Below, piece by piece: positions 8,681-18,244 of a DNA stretch of 64,000 nt (positions within the stretch are counted from its first letter, which is position 1; every line of letters begins with the position of its first letter). Location of the stretch: positions 1,184,001 through 1,248,000 of the forward strand of contig CBDBLV010000005.1 in assembly GCA_965207225.1 (NCBI GenBank). Reading direction: 5' to 3'. A model generated the notes under the pieces. It did not search any database and was not told the DNA's origin. It worked only from the letters and a program-made list of their open reading frames with translations. The translations under genes were made by a program, and so were the position numbers. The stretch comes from Dehalococcoidia bacterium (GTDB lineage Bacteria; Chloroflexota; Dehalococcoidia; Plut-88900).

Positions 8681-9292
8681 CTAGTCGTAGACCTCCAGCA
8701 GGAGGTCGGAGGGGTTGTAGCCGTTGCAGGGGTTCAGGTCCTGGGGGCAGGCCGACCCGGCGACGATAAGGTCGTCGAGGGCCAGAAGGACGACGTAGTC
8801 TCCGGCCCGGGAGACGGGCTCTTTGACGGAGAGGTTTCCTTCGTCGTCGGGGCCGCTGTTCTGGAAGATGTTGAAGACCTCGGGGGTCACGGGCGGGTGG
8901 ACGTCGAGGGTGGCGAGGGCTTCGAGGACGTTTTCCTTGCAGCTTCGGTGATCAGTGACTTCGTAGTCGATCAGGTATCTCTGGGGGTCGCAGGGGGCGT
9001 AGAGCATGTCGTGGATGCCGATGGTGGTGTCCTCGACGAAGGCCATGATGGCATGGCGATGGTTGTCGTATAGGGTGTCTCCGACTCGGGGGCGCACGCG
9101 GGCAATGGTACTCCGGGTGTAGACGCCCGAGAGGTAGACAGCGGGGTCAGACACCCGAAGGGCAAAGAAGTCGCAGACCTGCTTGCCCTCGACATCAGTT
9201 ACTTTAACTTTCTGACCCCCGCGTGCGATGACGGCGCGGCCGTGTCGGGCGGGGATGGTGACGGATTCTACCAATTTTCCTAGCTCTGCCAT
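8681..9292 (-). CDS. DUF1989 / urea-carboxylase-associated family protein (second paralog)
   Basis: GKQVCD, HDMLYAPC, SCKENV, FNIF, SACPQD. Confidence 0.85.
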   Translation of the reverse strand: MAELGKLVESVTIPARHGRAVIARGGQKVKVTDVEGKQVCDFFALRVSDPAVYLSGVYTRSTIARVRPRVGDTLYDNHRHAIMAFVEDTTIGIHDMLYAPCDPQRYLIDYEVTDHRSCKENVLEALATLDVHPPVTPEVFNIFQNSGPDDEGNLSVKEPVSRAGDYVVLLALDDLIVAGSACPQDLNPCNGYNPSDLLLEVYD

Positions 9293-9446
9293 GAGTGCCC
9301 CCTTTGGTTGAACCTGGAAATTCTTCAAGCGTCCGGGTCCGGGTATAGGGTAGTATATTCCCTCCGCGGATGAAATTACGAGATGCGTGGACTAGAATTG
9401 GCGTAACCGGGCTCCTGCCAAGGTGCCAGTTTCAGGAGGGACAATA

Positions 9447-10892
9447 ATGAGCAGCAGATACGTGGATACCATCGTGCATGACGGCGAGGTTGTTACGTCG
9501 AAGGATGTGACTCGGACGAGCATTGCGGTAAAGGATGGGAAGATCGTGGCGCTCGGGCCTAAGGAGCTGCTGCCGGAGGCGGGGCAGTACATCGATGCCT
9601 CGGGAAAGTACGTGCTGCCGGGCGCGATTGACGCCCATATGCACATCGACCCGCTGAAGTGTGACGACTGGGTCAACGCGCCCCTGGCTGCGGCGCACTC
9701 TGGGATAACCAGCCTCATCGTCTTCTGCATCTACGACGATCTGAACGGGGAGACGATTCCCGATGCCCTCCGGCGGAACCAGGAGGAGGCGAAGGCGGGG
9801 TCGGTGCTGGACTATGCCTTCCACTTCATCCTGCATAAGCAGCCCTACATCCTGGAAGGTCTGCCCGAGGCTTTCGACATGGGCGTTACCTCCTACAAGA
9901 TGTTCATGACCTACAAGACCCGGAAGTACCGTATGTGCTCCGACGACTTCATCCTGCAAGCCATGGACGTCATCGGGAGTCACGGCGGTGTGACCCAGCT
10001 TCACTGCGAAAACGGAGACGTACTGGACTACCTGCAGACAAAGTTCATGTCGGAAGGGTGCACGCACCCGCGGTACTTCCCTCAGTCCTGTCCCCCGTGG
10101 GCCGAGGCGGAGGCCATTAACAGAGCGATCAACATGGGAGCGATGACCCAGTGCCCGACCTACGTTGTCCACCTGAGCACCCAGGGAGGCCTGGAGAAGA
10201 TCAAGGAGGCGCAACAGCGGGGGCAGCGGATCTGGACCGAGACCTGTCCCCAGTACCTTCTTTTGACCGACGCCGAGATGGAAAAGTGGGGACCTCATGC
10301 GAAGATCGGGCCTCCTTTGAGGCCGGAAGACGGGCCTGACCAGGAGGCGCTGTGGGGCGGACTCCAGGGCGGACAGATCTCGATTGTTGCGAGCGACCAC
10401 TCGGCGACGCACAAGGAGAAGAAGGAGTCGGGGTGGGACAACGTGTTCCAGGACGCGCAGGGCAACACCGTGCCCTTTGGCAGCGCGTCAGTGGAGACGA
10501 TGCTGCCGCTTATGTACAGCGAGGGCGTGGTGAAGAGAGGGATGTCGATAACCTGGATAGCCCGGGCGCTGGCGGAGAACCCGGCGCGGGTGTTCGGGCT
10601 GTACCCGCGTAAGGGCGTGATAAACATCGGCTCAGATGCCGACCTGCTGCTGATAGACCCGAACTATGAGCGGACGATCACGGCTTCGGAAATGAAGAGC
10701 AATGCGGGGTTGACGCTGTACGAAGGCTGGGGTCAGAAGGGTCGGCCGTGGATGACTATGGTGCGGGGGGAGGTGGTGATGAAGGAGGGCGAGATCCTGC
10801 AGAAGCCGGGCTACGGAGAGTTCGTGCGGTGCGGCGGGCCGATGGCACCGCTAGGCGGGCCGGTGGCTACCACGGAAGTGGCGGTGAACTAG
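9447..10892 (+). CDS. Dihydropyrimidinase/hydantoinase-type cyclic amidohydrolase
   Basis: PGAIDAHMH, SYKMFMTY, LHCEN, VHLS, ETCPQYL, SDH, NPA..FGLYPRKG. Confidence 0.9.
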   Translation: MSSRYVDTIVHDGEVVTSKDVTRTSIAVKDGKIVALGPKELLPEAGQYIDASGKYVLPGAIDAHMHIDPLKCDDWVNAPLAAAHSGITSLIVFCIYDDLNGETIPDALRRNQEEAKAGSVLDYAFHFILHKQPYILEGLPEAFDMGVTSYKMFMTYKTRKYRMCSDDFILQAMDVIGSHGGVTQLHCENGDVLDYLQTKFMSEGCTHPRYFPQSCPPWAEAEAINRAINMGAMTQCPTYVVHLSTQGGLEKIKEAQQRGQRIWTETCPQYLLLTDAEMEKWGPHAKIGPPLRPEDGPDQEALWGGLQGGQISIVASDHSATHKEKKESGWDNVFQDAQGNTVPFGSASVETMLPLMYSEGVVKRGMSITWIARALAENPARVFGLYPRKGVINIGSDADLLLIDPNYERTITASEMKSNAGLTLYEGWGQKGRPWMTMVRGEVVMKEGEILQKPGYGEFVRCGGPMAPLGGPVATTEVAVN

Positions 10893-11776
10893 GGCCGGTA
10901 GGTGCGGAACTGGGGGCCGTCTTTGGGGGCCCAACTATCGGCTACGACCTCACGGGGGAAGGAGTCGGGGAGGACGCCGTCGGTGGCGTATTCGTAGAGC
11001 GCGGCTACGTAGATGGCCTTCAGCGCCGCAGTGACCAGGATGAGGGCCCCCAGCCCCACCACCCCCAGGGCCACGGCGATGACTATTCCTGCGGGCGCTG
11101 GGATAATAAAGGCTATAGCCACGCACACCAGCACGATGGGCAGCCCCACTATGATGACCATTAGGTCGAACCCAAACCTGCTGACGAGCTGCTCTCCCCA
11201 AGTCCTGCGCAACAATGCCGCCGAGCGTTTGATGGCCTCTATCGGGCCCACGCCTTCCACGACGAGAACGGGAATGACGAGATAGGTGAACACTGACCAG
11301 GCCCCTCGTAGCAACCAGGTCACGATCAAGAACGCGAAGGCTCCAATACCGCCTCGACCCCTTGCCGCCTTTTCGAGGGCATAGAAGATCAGGGACACGA
11401 TGGCAGAGATAAATGCCCACCCCAGGATGCCGACAAGGTTGGAATTGGCGGCGCGGAAACCGTCCCGGAGGGTAGGGTCGCCGCCTCGGAGGCGGATGCG
11501 TGCTGCGCCAATGAGGGCGGCGTTAAAGTATATGATGATGAAGTAGTTGACGAAGTAGAAGATGCCCATGAGCAGGTAGTCGGTGGGTACCAGGGCGATT
11601 TCGCCTTCTGTGGAGTCGGCGGCGCGGAATACCATGCCGGAGCCGAAGATCATCGCGGCGGTGATGACGAGGGCGATGGTCGAGATCAGGGGGAAGACGA
11701 GGAGCTCTTTGTCGTGGAGGAGGACCCTCCAGCAGACCTTGTAGAGCTGCCAACTCCGGCCGATGGTGGCGAACAT
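10889..11776 (-). CDS. Conserved membrane protein (DUF6159-like)
   Basis: Several TM helices; KELLVFP, AIKRS..L.R.TWGE. Confidence 0.7.
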   Translation of the reverse strand: MFATIGRSWQLYKVCWRVLLHDKELLVFPLISTIALVITAAMIFGSGMVFRAADSTEGEIALVPTDYLLMGIFYFVNYFIIIYFNAALIGAARIRLRGGDPTLRDGFRAANSNLVGILGWAFISAIVSLIFYALEKAARGRGGIGAFAFLIVTWLLRGAWSVFTYLVIPVLVVEGVGPIEAIKRSAALLRRTWGEQLVSRFGFDLMVIIVGLPIVLVCVAIAFIIPAPAGIVIAVALGVVGLGALILVTAALKAIYVAALYEYATDGVLPDSFPREVVADSWAPKDGPQFRTYRP

Positions 11777-11914
11777 GTAAGTAATTATACGCCTATCTCC
11801 CTTGTCCAACATCTTCGAATTGCGGGGCAAGGGGGGTGAGGGGACCAATAGGCATATACGGTATACTTGCGCCGGTTTTAGCCGGGGACAAGGGACGCAT
11901 GAAAGGAGCTCGGG

Positions 11915-13198
11915 GTGACTACGGAGGCAACGGCAGAAAAGACCGCAAATCCGGAGCAGGGAAGCGCCCTGGCGACAGCGCTAGAGCAGTTTGAGACGGC
12001 GGCGAACTTCCTTGACCTGGACGAGAATATCAGGAGGATCCTGCGTGCACCCAAGAGGGAGTTGATAGTCCATTTTCCTGTGAGCATGGATGACGGGAGC
12101 ACCGAGGTCTTCACGGGATACCGGGTGCAGCACAGCATGTCCCGGGGCCCGGCCAAGGGAGGCATCCGCTACCACCCCTCGGTAAGCCTGGACGAGGTCC
12201 GGGCACTGGCCATGTGGATGACCTGGAAATGTGCAGTGGTGGATATTCCGTTTGGTGGGGCCAAGGGGGCGGTGGCCTGCGACCCCAAGCTGCTTTCCAT
12301 GAGGGAGTTGGAAGGGCTCAGCAGGCGGTATGCCACAGAGATATCGATAATCATAAGCCCGGAAGGCGACATTCCGGCCCCGGACATGAACACGAACGCC
12401 CAGATCATGGCCTGGATAATGGATACCTACAGCATGCACAGGGGCTACTCGGTGCCGGGGGTGGTGACGGGGAAGCCGTTCAGCGTTGGGGGGACGCGGG
12501 GGAGGGTGGAGTCGACGGGGAGGGGCTGCATGAACATGGCAAAGGAGACCGCGAGGCACCTCTCTATGCCATTGGAAGGTGCGAAGGTGGTGGTGCAGGG
12601 GTTCGGCAACGTGGGCTCCGTGGCGGCGAGGATGCTTCAAGAGCAGGGATGCAAGATAGTTGCCATTAGCGATGCGTCGGGAGGGGTGTTCAACGACTCG
12701 GGGCTGGACGTGGAGGCGATGCTTGCCGACAGGGAACATATCCACAACCTTCGGGACTCGAGGCACGGGGACAGGATAACCAACGCCGAACTGTTGGAGC
12801 TCCCCTGCGATATCCTGATGCTGGCGGCCATGGAAGGTCAGATAACCGAGGCCAATGCCTCGAAGGTCAAGGCCAGGATCATCGTCGAGGGGGCGAATGG
12901 ACCCACTTCTACTGAAGCCGACAAAATCCTGGTGGACAAGGGCGTATTCATAGTGCCGGACATCCTGGCCAACGCAGGCGGGGTCATAGTCTCCTACTTC
13001 GAATGGGTGCAGGACCTGCAGTTCTACTTCTGGGAGGAGCAGGAAGTGGAGAAGCGTCTGGACTCGATTATGAAGCACAGCTTCGAGTCGGTGCTGGCGA
13101 CGGCGGAAGAGAATAAGGTGAGCATGAGGATGGGGGCTTACATTCAGGGGGTGAGCCGGGTGACGGCGGCGCACAACACCCGGGGCATATACCCCTAG
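11915..13198 (+). CDS. gdhA: Glutamate dehydrogenase (Glu/Leu/Phe/Val DH family)
   Basis: [54 protein letters not shown]. Confidence 0.92.
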   Translation: MTTEATAEKTANPEQGSALATALEQFETAANFLDLDENIRRILRAPKRELIVHFPVSMDDGSTEVFTGYRVQHSMSRGPAKGGIRYHPSVSLDEVRALAMWMTWKCAVVDIPFGGAKGAVACDPKLLSMRELEGLSRRYATEISIIISPEGDIPAPDMNTNAQIMAWIMDTYSMHRGYSVPGVVTGKPFSVGGTRGRVESTGRGCMNMAKETARHLSMPLEGAKVVVQGFGNVGSVAARMLQEQGCKIVAISDASGGVFNDSGLDVEAMLADREHIHNLRDSRHGDRITNAELLELPCDILMLAAMEGQITEANASKVKARIIVEGANGPTSTEADKILVDKGVFIVPDILANAGGVIVSYFEWVQDLQFYFWEEQEVEKRLDSIMKHSFESVLATAEENKVSMRMGAYIQGVSRVTAAHNTRGIYP

Positions 13199-13236
13199 TT
13201 CTAAATCTTCCCTGCGAAGTGCGATAGCAGAAAATC

Positions 13237-14478
13237 GTGGAATTTAATGCCGACGCGCCTATGAAAGACAGATCGCTTTACGGGATTAGGGTGGTGGAGG
13301 TGGGAGAGATGGTGTCGGCGCCGTATTGTGCGCGACTGATGGCGGCTCTGGGGGCGGAGGTGGTCAAAGTGGAGCCGCCCGGGGGCGACGGGGCCCGGGC
13401 CAACGGACCCTTCCTCAACGACGAACCCCACCCCGAAAAGAGCGGCCTCTTCCTGGCTATGAACCTGGACAAGAAGGGGGTCACGCTGGACATCACGTCC
13501 GCGGAGGGGGCCCGGCTATTCAGGAGGCTGGTGGGGGAGTCGGATATAGTGGTGGAGAACGGGCCGCCGGGGTGGTTGGGGGAGTTGGGACTGGGGTACG
13601 AGTCGCTGAAGGCGGAGAACCCGGGGTTGATCATGGTGTCGATTACCCCTTTCGGGCAAGACGGGCCTTACAAGGATTTCAAAGCCCACGATCTGAACAG
13701 GTGGCACGCCGGGGGATGGGGGTATTTGTGGAAGGAACGAGGCGCTGATGGGGTGCCGGGTCGGCTGGTGGGGGGCCCAAGTTTCCTGCCGGGATTTCAA
13801 GCAGCGTACAACGCCCTGACGGCCACACTGGGCGCTCTTTATTTCCGGGACATGGGTGGGGAGGGGCAGCATATCGACGTGTCGGAGCAGGAGGCGATGG
13901 CCTTCATCATTGCCGGGAGCTTTCCCGTGTACAACGGAGAAAAACGCATACATGGGAAGGACGTGGCGATACCTGCGTCGGTGCCTTCCGGAGTGCTGCC
14001 GTGCCGGGACGGGTACGTGTTGATCAGCGCTATCGAGCACCACCAGTGGGAAGGGTTGGTGAAGATGCTGGGAGAGCCGGGGTGGAGCCAGGAGGGGTGG
14101 GCCAACACGGTGGAGGGTCGACGGCTGAACTACGACATCATAAACGCCTTCATGATGGAGTGGCTGGAGGACAAGAGTGTCGACTGGGTAGTCAAAAAAG
14201 CGATTGAGCATCGGATACCGGCCAGCCCGGTCGGGGTGACGGCGGAGCACATCCATGGAGATGAGCATCTGAAGGAGCGGGGATTCTTCTCCGAGATCGA
14301 TCATTCGGTGGCGGGTAGGCTGGAGTATCCGTCGGCGCCGTTCAGATTTTCGGAAACGGAGAGCGGGACGAGGGCGCCGGCACCGTTGCTGGGCCAGCAC
14401 AACGATGAGATTTACAGTGGGTGGTTGGGGTTGGGACAGGATGAACTGGCGCGGCTGAAGCGAGAAGGAACCATCTAG
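13237..14478 (+). CDS. CaiB/BaiF family III CoA-transferase (start may be 13261)
   Basis: LGAEVVKVEPP.GD, K.GVTLD, SITPFGQ.GP, APLLGQH. Confidence 0.88.
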   Translation: MEFNADAPMKDRSLYGIRVVEVGEMVSAPYCARLMAALGAEVVKVEPPGGDGARANGPFLNDEPHPEKSGLFLAMNLDKKGVTLDITSAEGARLFRRLVGESDIVVENGPPGWLGELGLGYESLKAENPGLIMVSITPFGQDGPYKDFKAHDLNRWHAGGWGYLWKERGADGVPGRLVGGPSFLPGFQAAYNALTATLGALYFRDMGGEGQHIDVSEQEAMAFIIAGSFPVYNGEKRIHGKDVAIPASVPSGVLPCRDGYVLISAIEHHQWEGLVKMLGEPGWSQEGWANTVEGRRLNYDIINAFMMEWLEDKSVDWVVKKAIEHRIPASPVGVTAEHIHGDEHLKERGFFSEIDHSVAGRLEYPSAPFRFSETESGTRAPAPLLGQHNDEIYSGWLGLGQDELARLKREGTI

Positions 14479-14510
14479 GGTTGGTTAAGGGAGTCAGGGG
14501 GACGGGGGGA

Positions 14511-15722
14511 ATGAAAGGGGCGCTAGCCGGGGTACGGGTGGCGGATTTTACGGCGTCGTGGGCGGGGCCTCACTGCGTATCGCTGCTGGCCTTCATGGGG
14601 GCGGAGGTCATCAAGATAGAGAGCGAGGCCAAGCTGGACCTGGCCCGTTACTACCCGCCTTTCAAGGACGGCATCGAAAGCCCGGACAGGGCGATGTGGT
14701 TCGCCCAGATGCACCGGAACAGTCTTAGCGTCACCCTGAATCTGCGGGAGCCCGAGAGCGTGGAGCTTGCCAAGAGGATTGTCGCCATCTCGGATGTGGT
14801 GGCGGAGAACTTCCGGGCGGGAGTGGCGGACCGACTCGGGCTGGGATATGAAGAGCTAGTAGGGGTGAATCCGCAGGTGATTATGGCGTCGCTGTCGGGG
14901 TTTGGGGCGTATGGCCCGAGGTCGCGGTGGGTGACCTACGGGATGCACGTGTCCAATATCTCGGGGCTGATGAGCATGGTGGGGTATCCGGATTCGGAGC
15001 CGGTGTCGGACTGGGTGGAGATGCCGGACCCGTCGGGAGGGGTGGCGGGGGCGTCGGCAATTCTGGCAGCGCTTCACTACAGGTTGAAGACCGGGAAGGG
15101 GCAGCACATCGACCTATCGGAGGAAGAGACGGCGATCGGCTTCCAGCCTGAGAAGCTAATGGACTACGCGATGAACGGCAGGGAGGCCGTGAAGATGGGC
15201 AACCGGCGCCCGAGCATGGCGCCCCACGGGGTGTACGGGTGCGCCGGCGATGACGAGTGGGTGAGCATAGCGGTCGGGAGCGAGGAGGAATGGGGCAGGT
15301 TTTGCTCGGCGGTTGGGATGGAGTGTTTAGCCCAAGATTCAAGGTTTGCCACGGTGTCGGCGCGGAAGGAGAATGAGGATGCGCTGGACGAGATTGTGGA
15401 GAGGTGGACCCGACAGCATTCCAAGTCGGAGGTGATGAGGGTGTTGCAGGGGTCGGGGGTGGGGGCGATGGTCACCTTCACCAATGCCGACCTGTATCAC
15501 GACGAACACCTGGCGGCCCGGGGTTTCTTCACGTGGGACGAGCACCCGGTGCAGGGTCGGGCGAAGATGCCTGCACAGCCGTGGAAGATGTCGGAGACGC
15601 CGTTGGCGATGACCAGGCCGGGCCCGAGGATGGGTGAGCACAACAGGTATGTGCTGGAGGAGCTGCTGGGGCTGAGTCGGGAGGAGGTTGAGGGGCTGGT
15701 GAGGGGTGGGGTGGTGTATTAG
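14511..15722 (+). CDS. CaiB/BaiF family III CoA-transferase (probable partner subunit)
   Basis: WAGP, GAEVIKIES, ENFR.G, SGFG..GP, catalytic PD, GEH. Confidence 0.88.
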   Translation: MKGALAGVRVADFTASWAGPHCVSLLAFMGAEVIKIESEAKLDLARYYPPFKDGIESPDRAMWFAQMHRNSLSVTLNLREPESVELAKRIVAISDVVAENFRAGVADRLGLGYEELVGVNPQVIMASLSGFGAYGPRSRWVTYGMHVSNISGLMSMVGYPDSEPVSDWVEMPDPSGGVAGASAILAALHYRLKTGKGQHIDLSEEETAIGFQPEKLMDYAMNGREAVKMGNRRPSMAPHGVYGCAGDDEWVSIAVGSEEEWGRFCSAVGMECLAQDSRFATVSARKENEDALDEIVERWTRQHSKSEVMRVLQGSGVGAMVTFTNADLYHDEHLAARGFFTWDEHPVQGRAKMPAQPWKMSETPLAMTRPGPRMGEHNRYVLEELLGLSREEVEGLVRGGVVY

Positions 15723-15726
15723 GGGT

Positions 15727-16032
15727 TCAGGCTATCTGATAGCGCTCAACGTGGATATCGGAGGCTTGGGCGCGCATTTGGGCGGCGTCGTACCAAGCCT
15801 GCATTCGGAGAAGCATGTCCATGCTCATGCCGAAGGCCTTTTCAACTCGTAACGCCATCTCGGGAGACAGGGAGGACTTGGAGTTGAGGAGGTCGGAAAG
15901 TGTAGCCCTACGCACCCCCAGGGCCTTTGCGGCCTTTGTTACGCTCAGCCCTAAATCTTCTATGATTTCTGTTCGTATGAAGTCGCCGGGGTGGGAGGGG
16001 GTCATTTTGACCTTGATTTCAGGCGTTGTCAT
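15727..16032 (-). CDS. higA: HigA-family antitoxin (XRE HTH), no intact toxin upstream
   Basis: HPGDFIR.EII..LGLSVT.AA..LGV.R.TLS.LLN....SPEMALR.EKAFG. Confidence 0.85.
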   Translation of the reverse strand: MTTPEIKVKMTPSHPGDFIRTEIIEDLGLSVTKAAKALGVRRATLSDLLNSKSSLSPEMALRVEKAFGMSMDMLLRMQAWYDAAQMRAQASDIHVERYQIA

Positions 16033-16152
16033 CAATGGTAAGGCAATAAAGCAAAACTGATTTGCAGTCCTTACTGTATTGCAATGCGCGTCCAATTGCC
16101 ACCCGCTTTTTACCGCGCCGGACTAACAAGTGATGTGAGCGGTTAAGTCCGA

Positions 16153-16400
16153 GATCCCTCGCGGGGCCTCGGGATGACATAGCGGAGGTGGGTGGCGGGG
16201 TGGATGTGGACGCAAGGGCAGGCATGGGCCTCTCCCCGCTCATGCTTCGAGAGCCTCAGCACGAGCGGCCTCACCGCCGGGGGGGCAGGCACGAGACCTG
16301 TCCCTACGGGGGATAGGACGGGATGCCACCCTATTCCGCTCTAGAGACCCCCTCGAGGGACTCGGGGCAGGCTATTCGACTCCGCTCGGGGCGAGAATAC
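16153..16400 (+). repeat. REP-like palindrome cluster
   Basis: GATCCCTCGCGGGGCCTCGGGATGAC, CTTCGAGAGCCTCAGC, GGCAGGCACGAGACCTGTCCCTAC, CCCCTCGAGGGACTCGGGGCAGGCT. Confidence 0.8.
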
Positions 16401-16420
16401 CCCAACCCCCAGGATGCACC

Positions 16421-16891
16421 CTACCGGCGGCGGACGTGGGAGCGACCGGCGCGGGCCACGAGGTCTCCGTGCTGGTTGTGGAAGCTGTGCTCGACGACTA
16501 TGAAGGCCATGTCTCCGGTGCGGCCGGTCTTGCGGTAGACGTCTGCGAGTCGGGCGGTACAGGTGAGGGTGTCGCCGGGACGAACGGGGAGAAGGGGCTC
16601 GACCCACTGACCGGCCATGTAGATGGTGCCATCGAATTGGAGGTTGAGGTCGGGGGGCTCTTCCAGGCGGATAAAGGAAGCGACGAAGGCGGGCGGGGCG
16701 ATGATGTCGCCGTGGGGGCCACGGGCGGCGGCTTCCTCGTCGACAAAGAGCGGGTTGGTTTCACCTATGGCGAGGGAAAAACCGAGGATCATGTCCCGGG
16801 TGACGGTGTGGGTGGCCCTAAGGAAGTCCCTACCCAATGTCTCCCGGTTGAACCGGAGGGTGTCCTCGGGGGTGGGTTGGGCGGCGGTCAT
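16421..16891 (-). CDS. MaoC-like/FAS1 dehydratase N-terminal domain protein
   Basis: F..AIGETNPLF.DEE.A....IIAPP.F...P.RPGDTL. Confidence 0.85.
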   Translation of the reverse strand: MTAAQPTPEDTLRFNRETLGRDFLRATHTVTRDMILGFSLAIGETNPLFVDEEAAARGPHGDIIAPPAFVASFIRLEEPPDLNLQFDGTIYMAGQWVEPLLPVRPGDTLTCTARLADVYRKTGRTGDMAFIVVEHSFHNQHGDLVARAGRSHVRRR

Positions 16892-16906
16892 GGCTTTTGG
16901 GGAACC

Positions 16907-18241
16907 CTAGTCGTGGGCCTTGATTTCGACTACGACCCGATCCCCGGACTGGACAGCGCCGTTGGTAAAGCCGGGGCTGGTGTAGTCACCGCAGAAGTGG
17001 AGCCGGCCCACGGGCTTTTGGAGGAGGGGATAGGTCTCGGTGTGGCCCGGTTTCCAGAGAGGAATGGCGTGGCGCCAATGGGCGACGTCGGACTCGACTA
17101 CCTTGCCCCGGACCCCGGGGACCATGTCGATGAGGTCGTCAAGCAAGATTTCCGAGACCTCGCCGTCGGAGCGGGACATGAGGTCTTTGGCGACGGCGTT
17201 GCCCGTGTAGACCCTCAGGATACCCTGGCCGGTCTTGCGCTTGTATTCATCGGGGTAGGTGAAGGAGGGGTCGGTGATGGCACAGACCTTCTGGCCGGCG
17301 ACCGGGACCCGCCATACGCCCCTGCCAATCAGGTTCTCCGAAAGGTCGTTGACCAGGAAGGCGGCGGTGGTCATGGAGCCATACTCGATCTTGGCGAGGG
17401 CGTCGCGCTTCCAGTCGGGGAGGTCCTGGACGCATTCGAGGGTCAGGGGGGCCTGGGTGGCAAGGACGCAGCGTCGGGCGTGGACGGTTTCCTTCTTGCC
17501 GCCGCGGTCGTAGGTGACCTGAACCCGGTCATCGAGCTCTTTGACCTCAGTTACTTCCGCGCCGAGAAGGGCCTTGTCTCCGAGGAGCCTGTGGAGGGCG
17601 ATGGTGGCCTGGTGAGTGCCGCCTTCGACGAAATACTCTTCGGCCATGAAGAAGAAGATGACCATGAGGGCGTGGTAGGGGGTGACGGCCTCGGAGCCCA
17701 TGGTGCTGGCTGTGACGGCGAATACGTCCCAAATCTCCCGGACGGACCTGGGGGCCTTGCCGATGAACTCAGCCACTGTCTTTGAGTTCAGCTCGATGAC
17801 CTTGGGATCCGTAGGGTCGAAGTCGGCGCCGAGGAGGGACCTGTATTTGCGTCGGGTCTTCCAGATGTGCCAGGCGAACCAGACCTTGTCCCACAGGGGA
17901 ATGGGCATTTTGAGCAAAAGCCCGAGCTCGCTCGATGACGCAACCAGCTTGCCGTTTATGTACATGGGCAGCTTGGACTTAGCGATCAGGGTGCGCTTGA
18001 CGCCAATCTCGTCGACAAGGGTGGCCAACGGGCCGTCGTCACCGAGGACGACCTGGGCCCCGGCGTTGTAGACGTAGGGGCCCAGGGTGCGGGACTCGGT
18101 GCGGCCGCCGGGAATCTCCTCCTTCTCCAGCAGGAGGATGTTGCGGTCCCGAAGGCGGTAGGCGGCGGTAAGGCCGGCGAGGCCACCGCCAACGATGACA
18201 ACGTCGAGGAAAGAGTCGGGGGTGGTGAGTGAGTCGGGCAT
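16907..18241 (-). CDS. Flavin amine oxidase / protoporphyrinogen-oxidase-like FAD oxidoreductase
   Basis: GGGLAGL.AA, LEK....GGR, GAQ, FCGDY...GAV.SG. Confidence 0.85.
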   Translation of the reverse strand: MPDSLTTPDSFLDVVIVGGGLAGLTAAYRLRDRNILLLEKEEIPGGRTESRTLGPYVYNAGAQVVLGDDGPLATLVDEIGVKRTLIAKSKLPMYINGKLVASSSELGLLLKMPIPLWDKVWFAWHIWKTRRKYRSLLGADFDPTDPKVIELNSKTVAEFIGKAPRSVREIWDVFAVTASTMGSEAVTPYHALMVIFFFMAEEYFVEGGTHQATIALHRLLGDKALLGAEVTEVKELDDRVQVTYDRGGKKETVHARRCVLATQAPLTLECVQDLPDWKRDALAKIEYGSMTTAAFLVNDLSENLIGRGVWRVPVAGQKVCAITDPSFTYPDEYKRKTGQGILRVYTGNAVAKDLMSRSDGEVSEILLDDLIDMVPGVRGKVVESDVAHWRHAIPLWKPGHTETYPLLQKPVGRLHFCGDYTSPGFTNGAVQSGDRVVVEIKAHD

Positions 18242-18244
18242 GGG

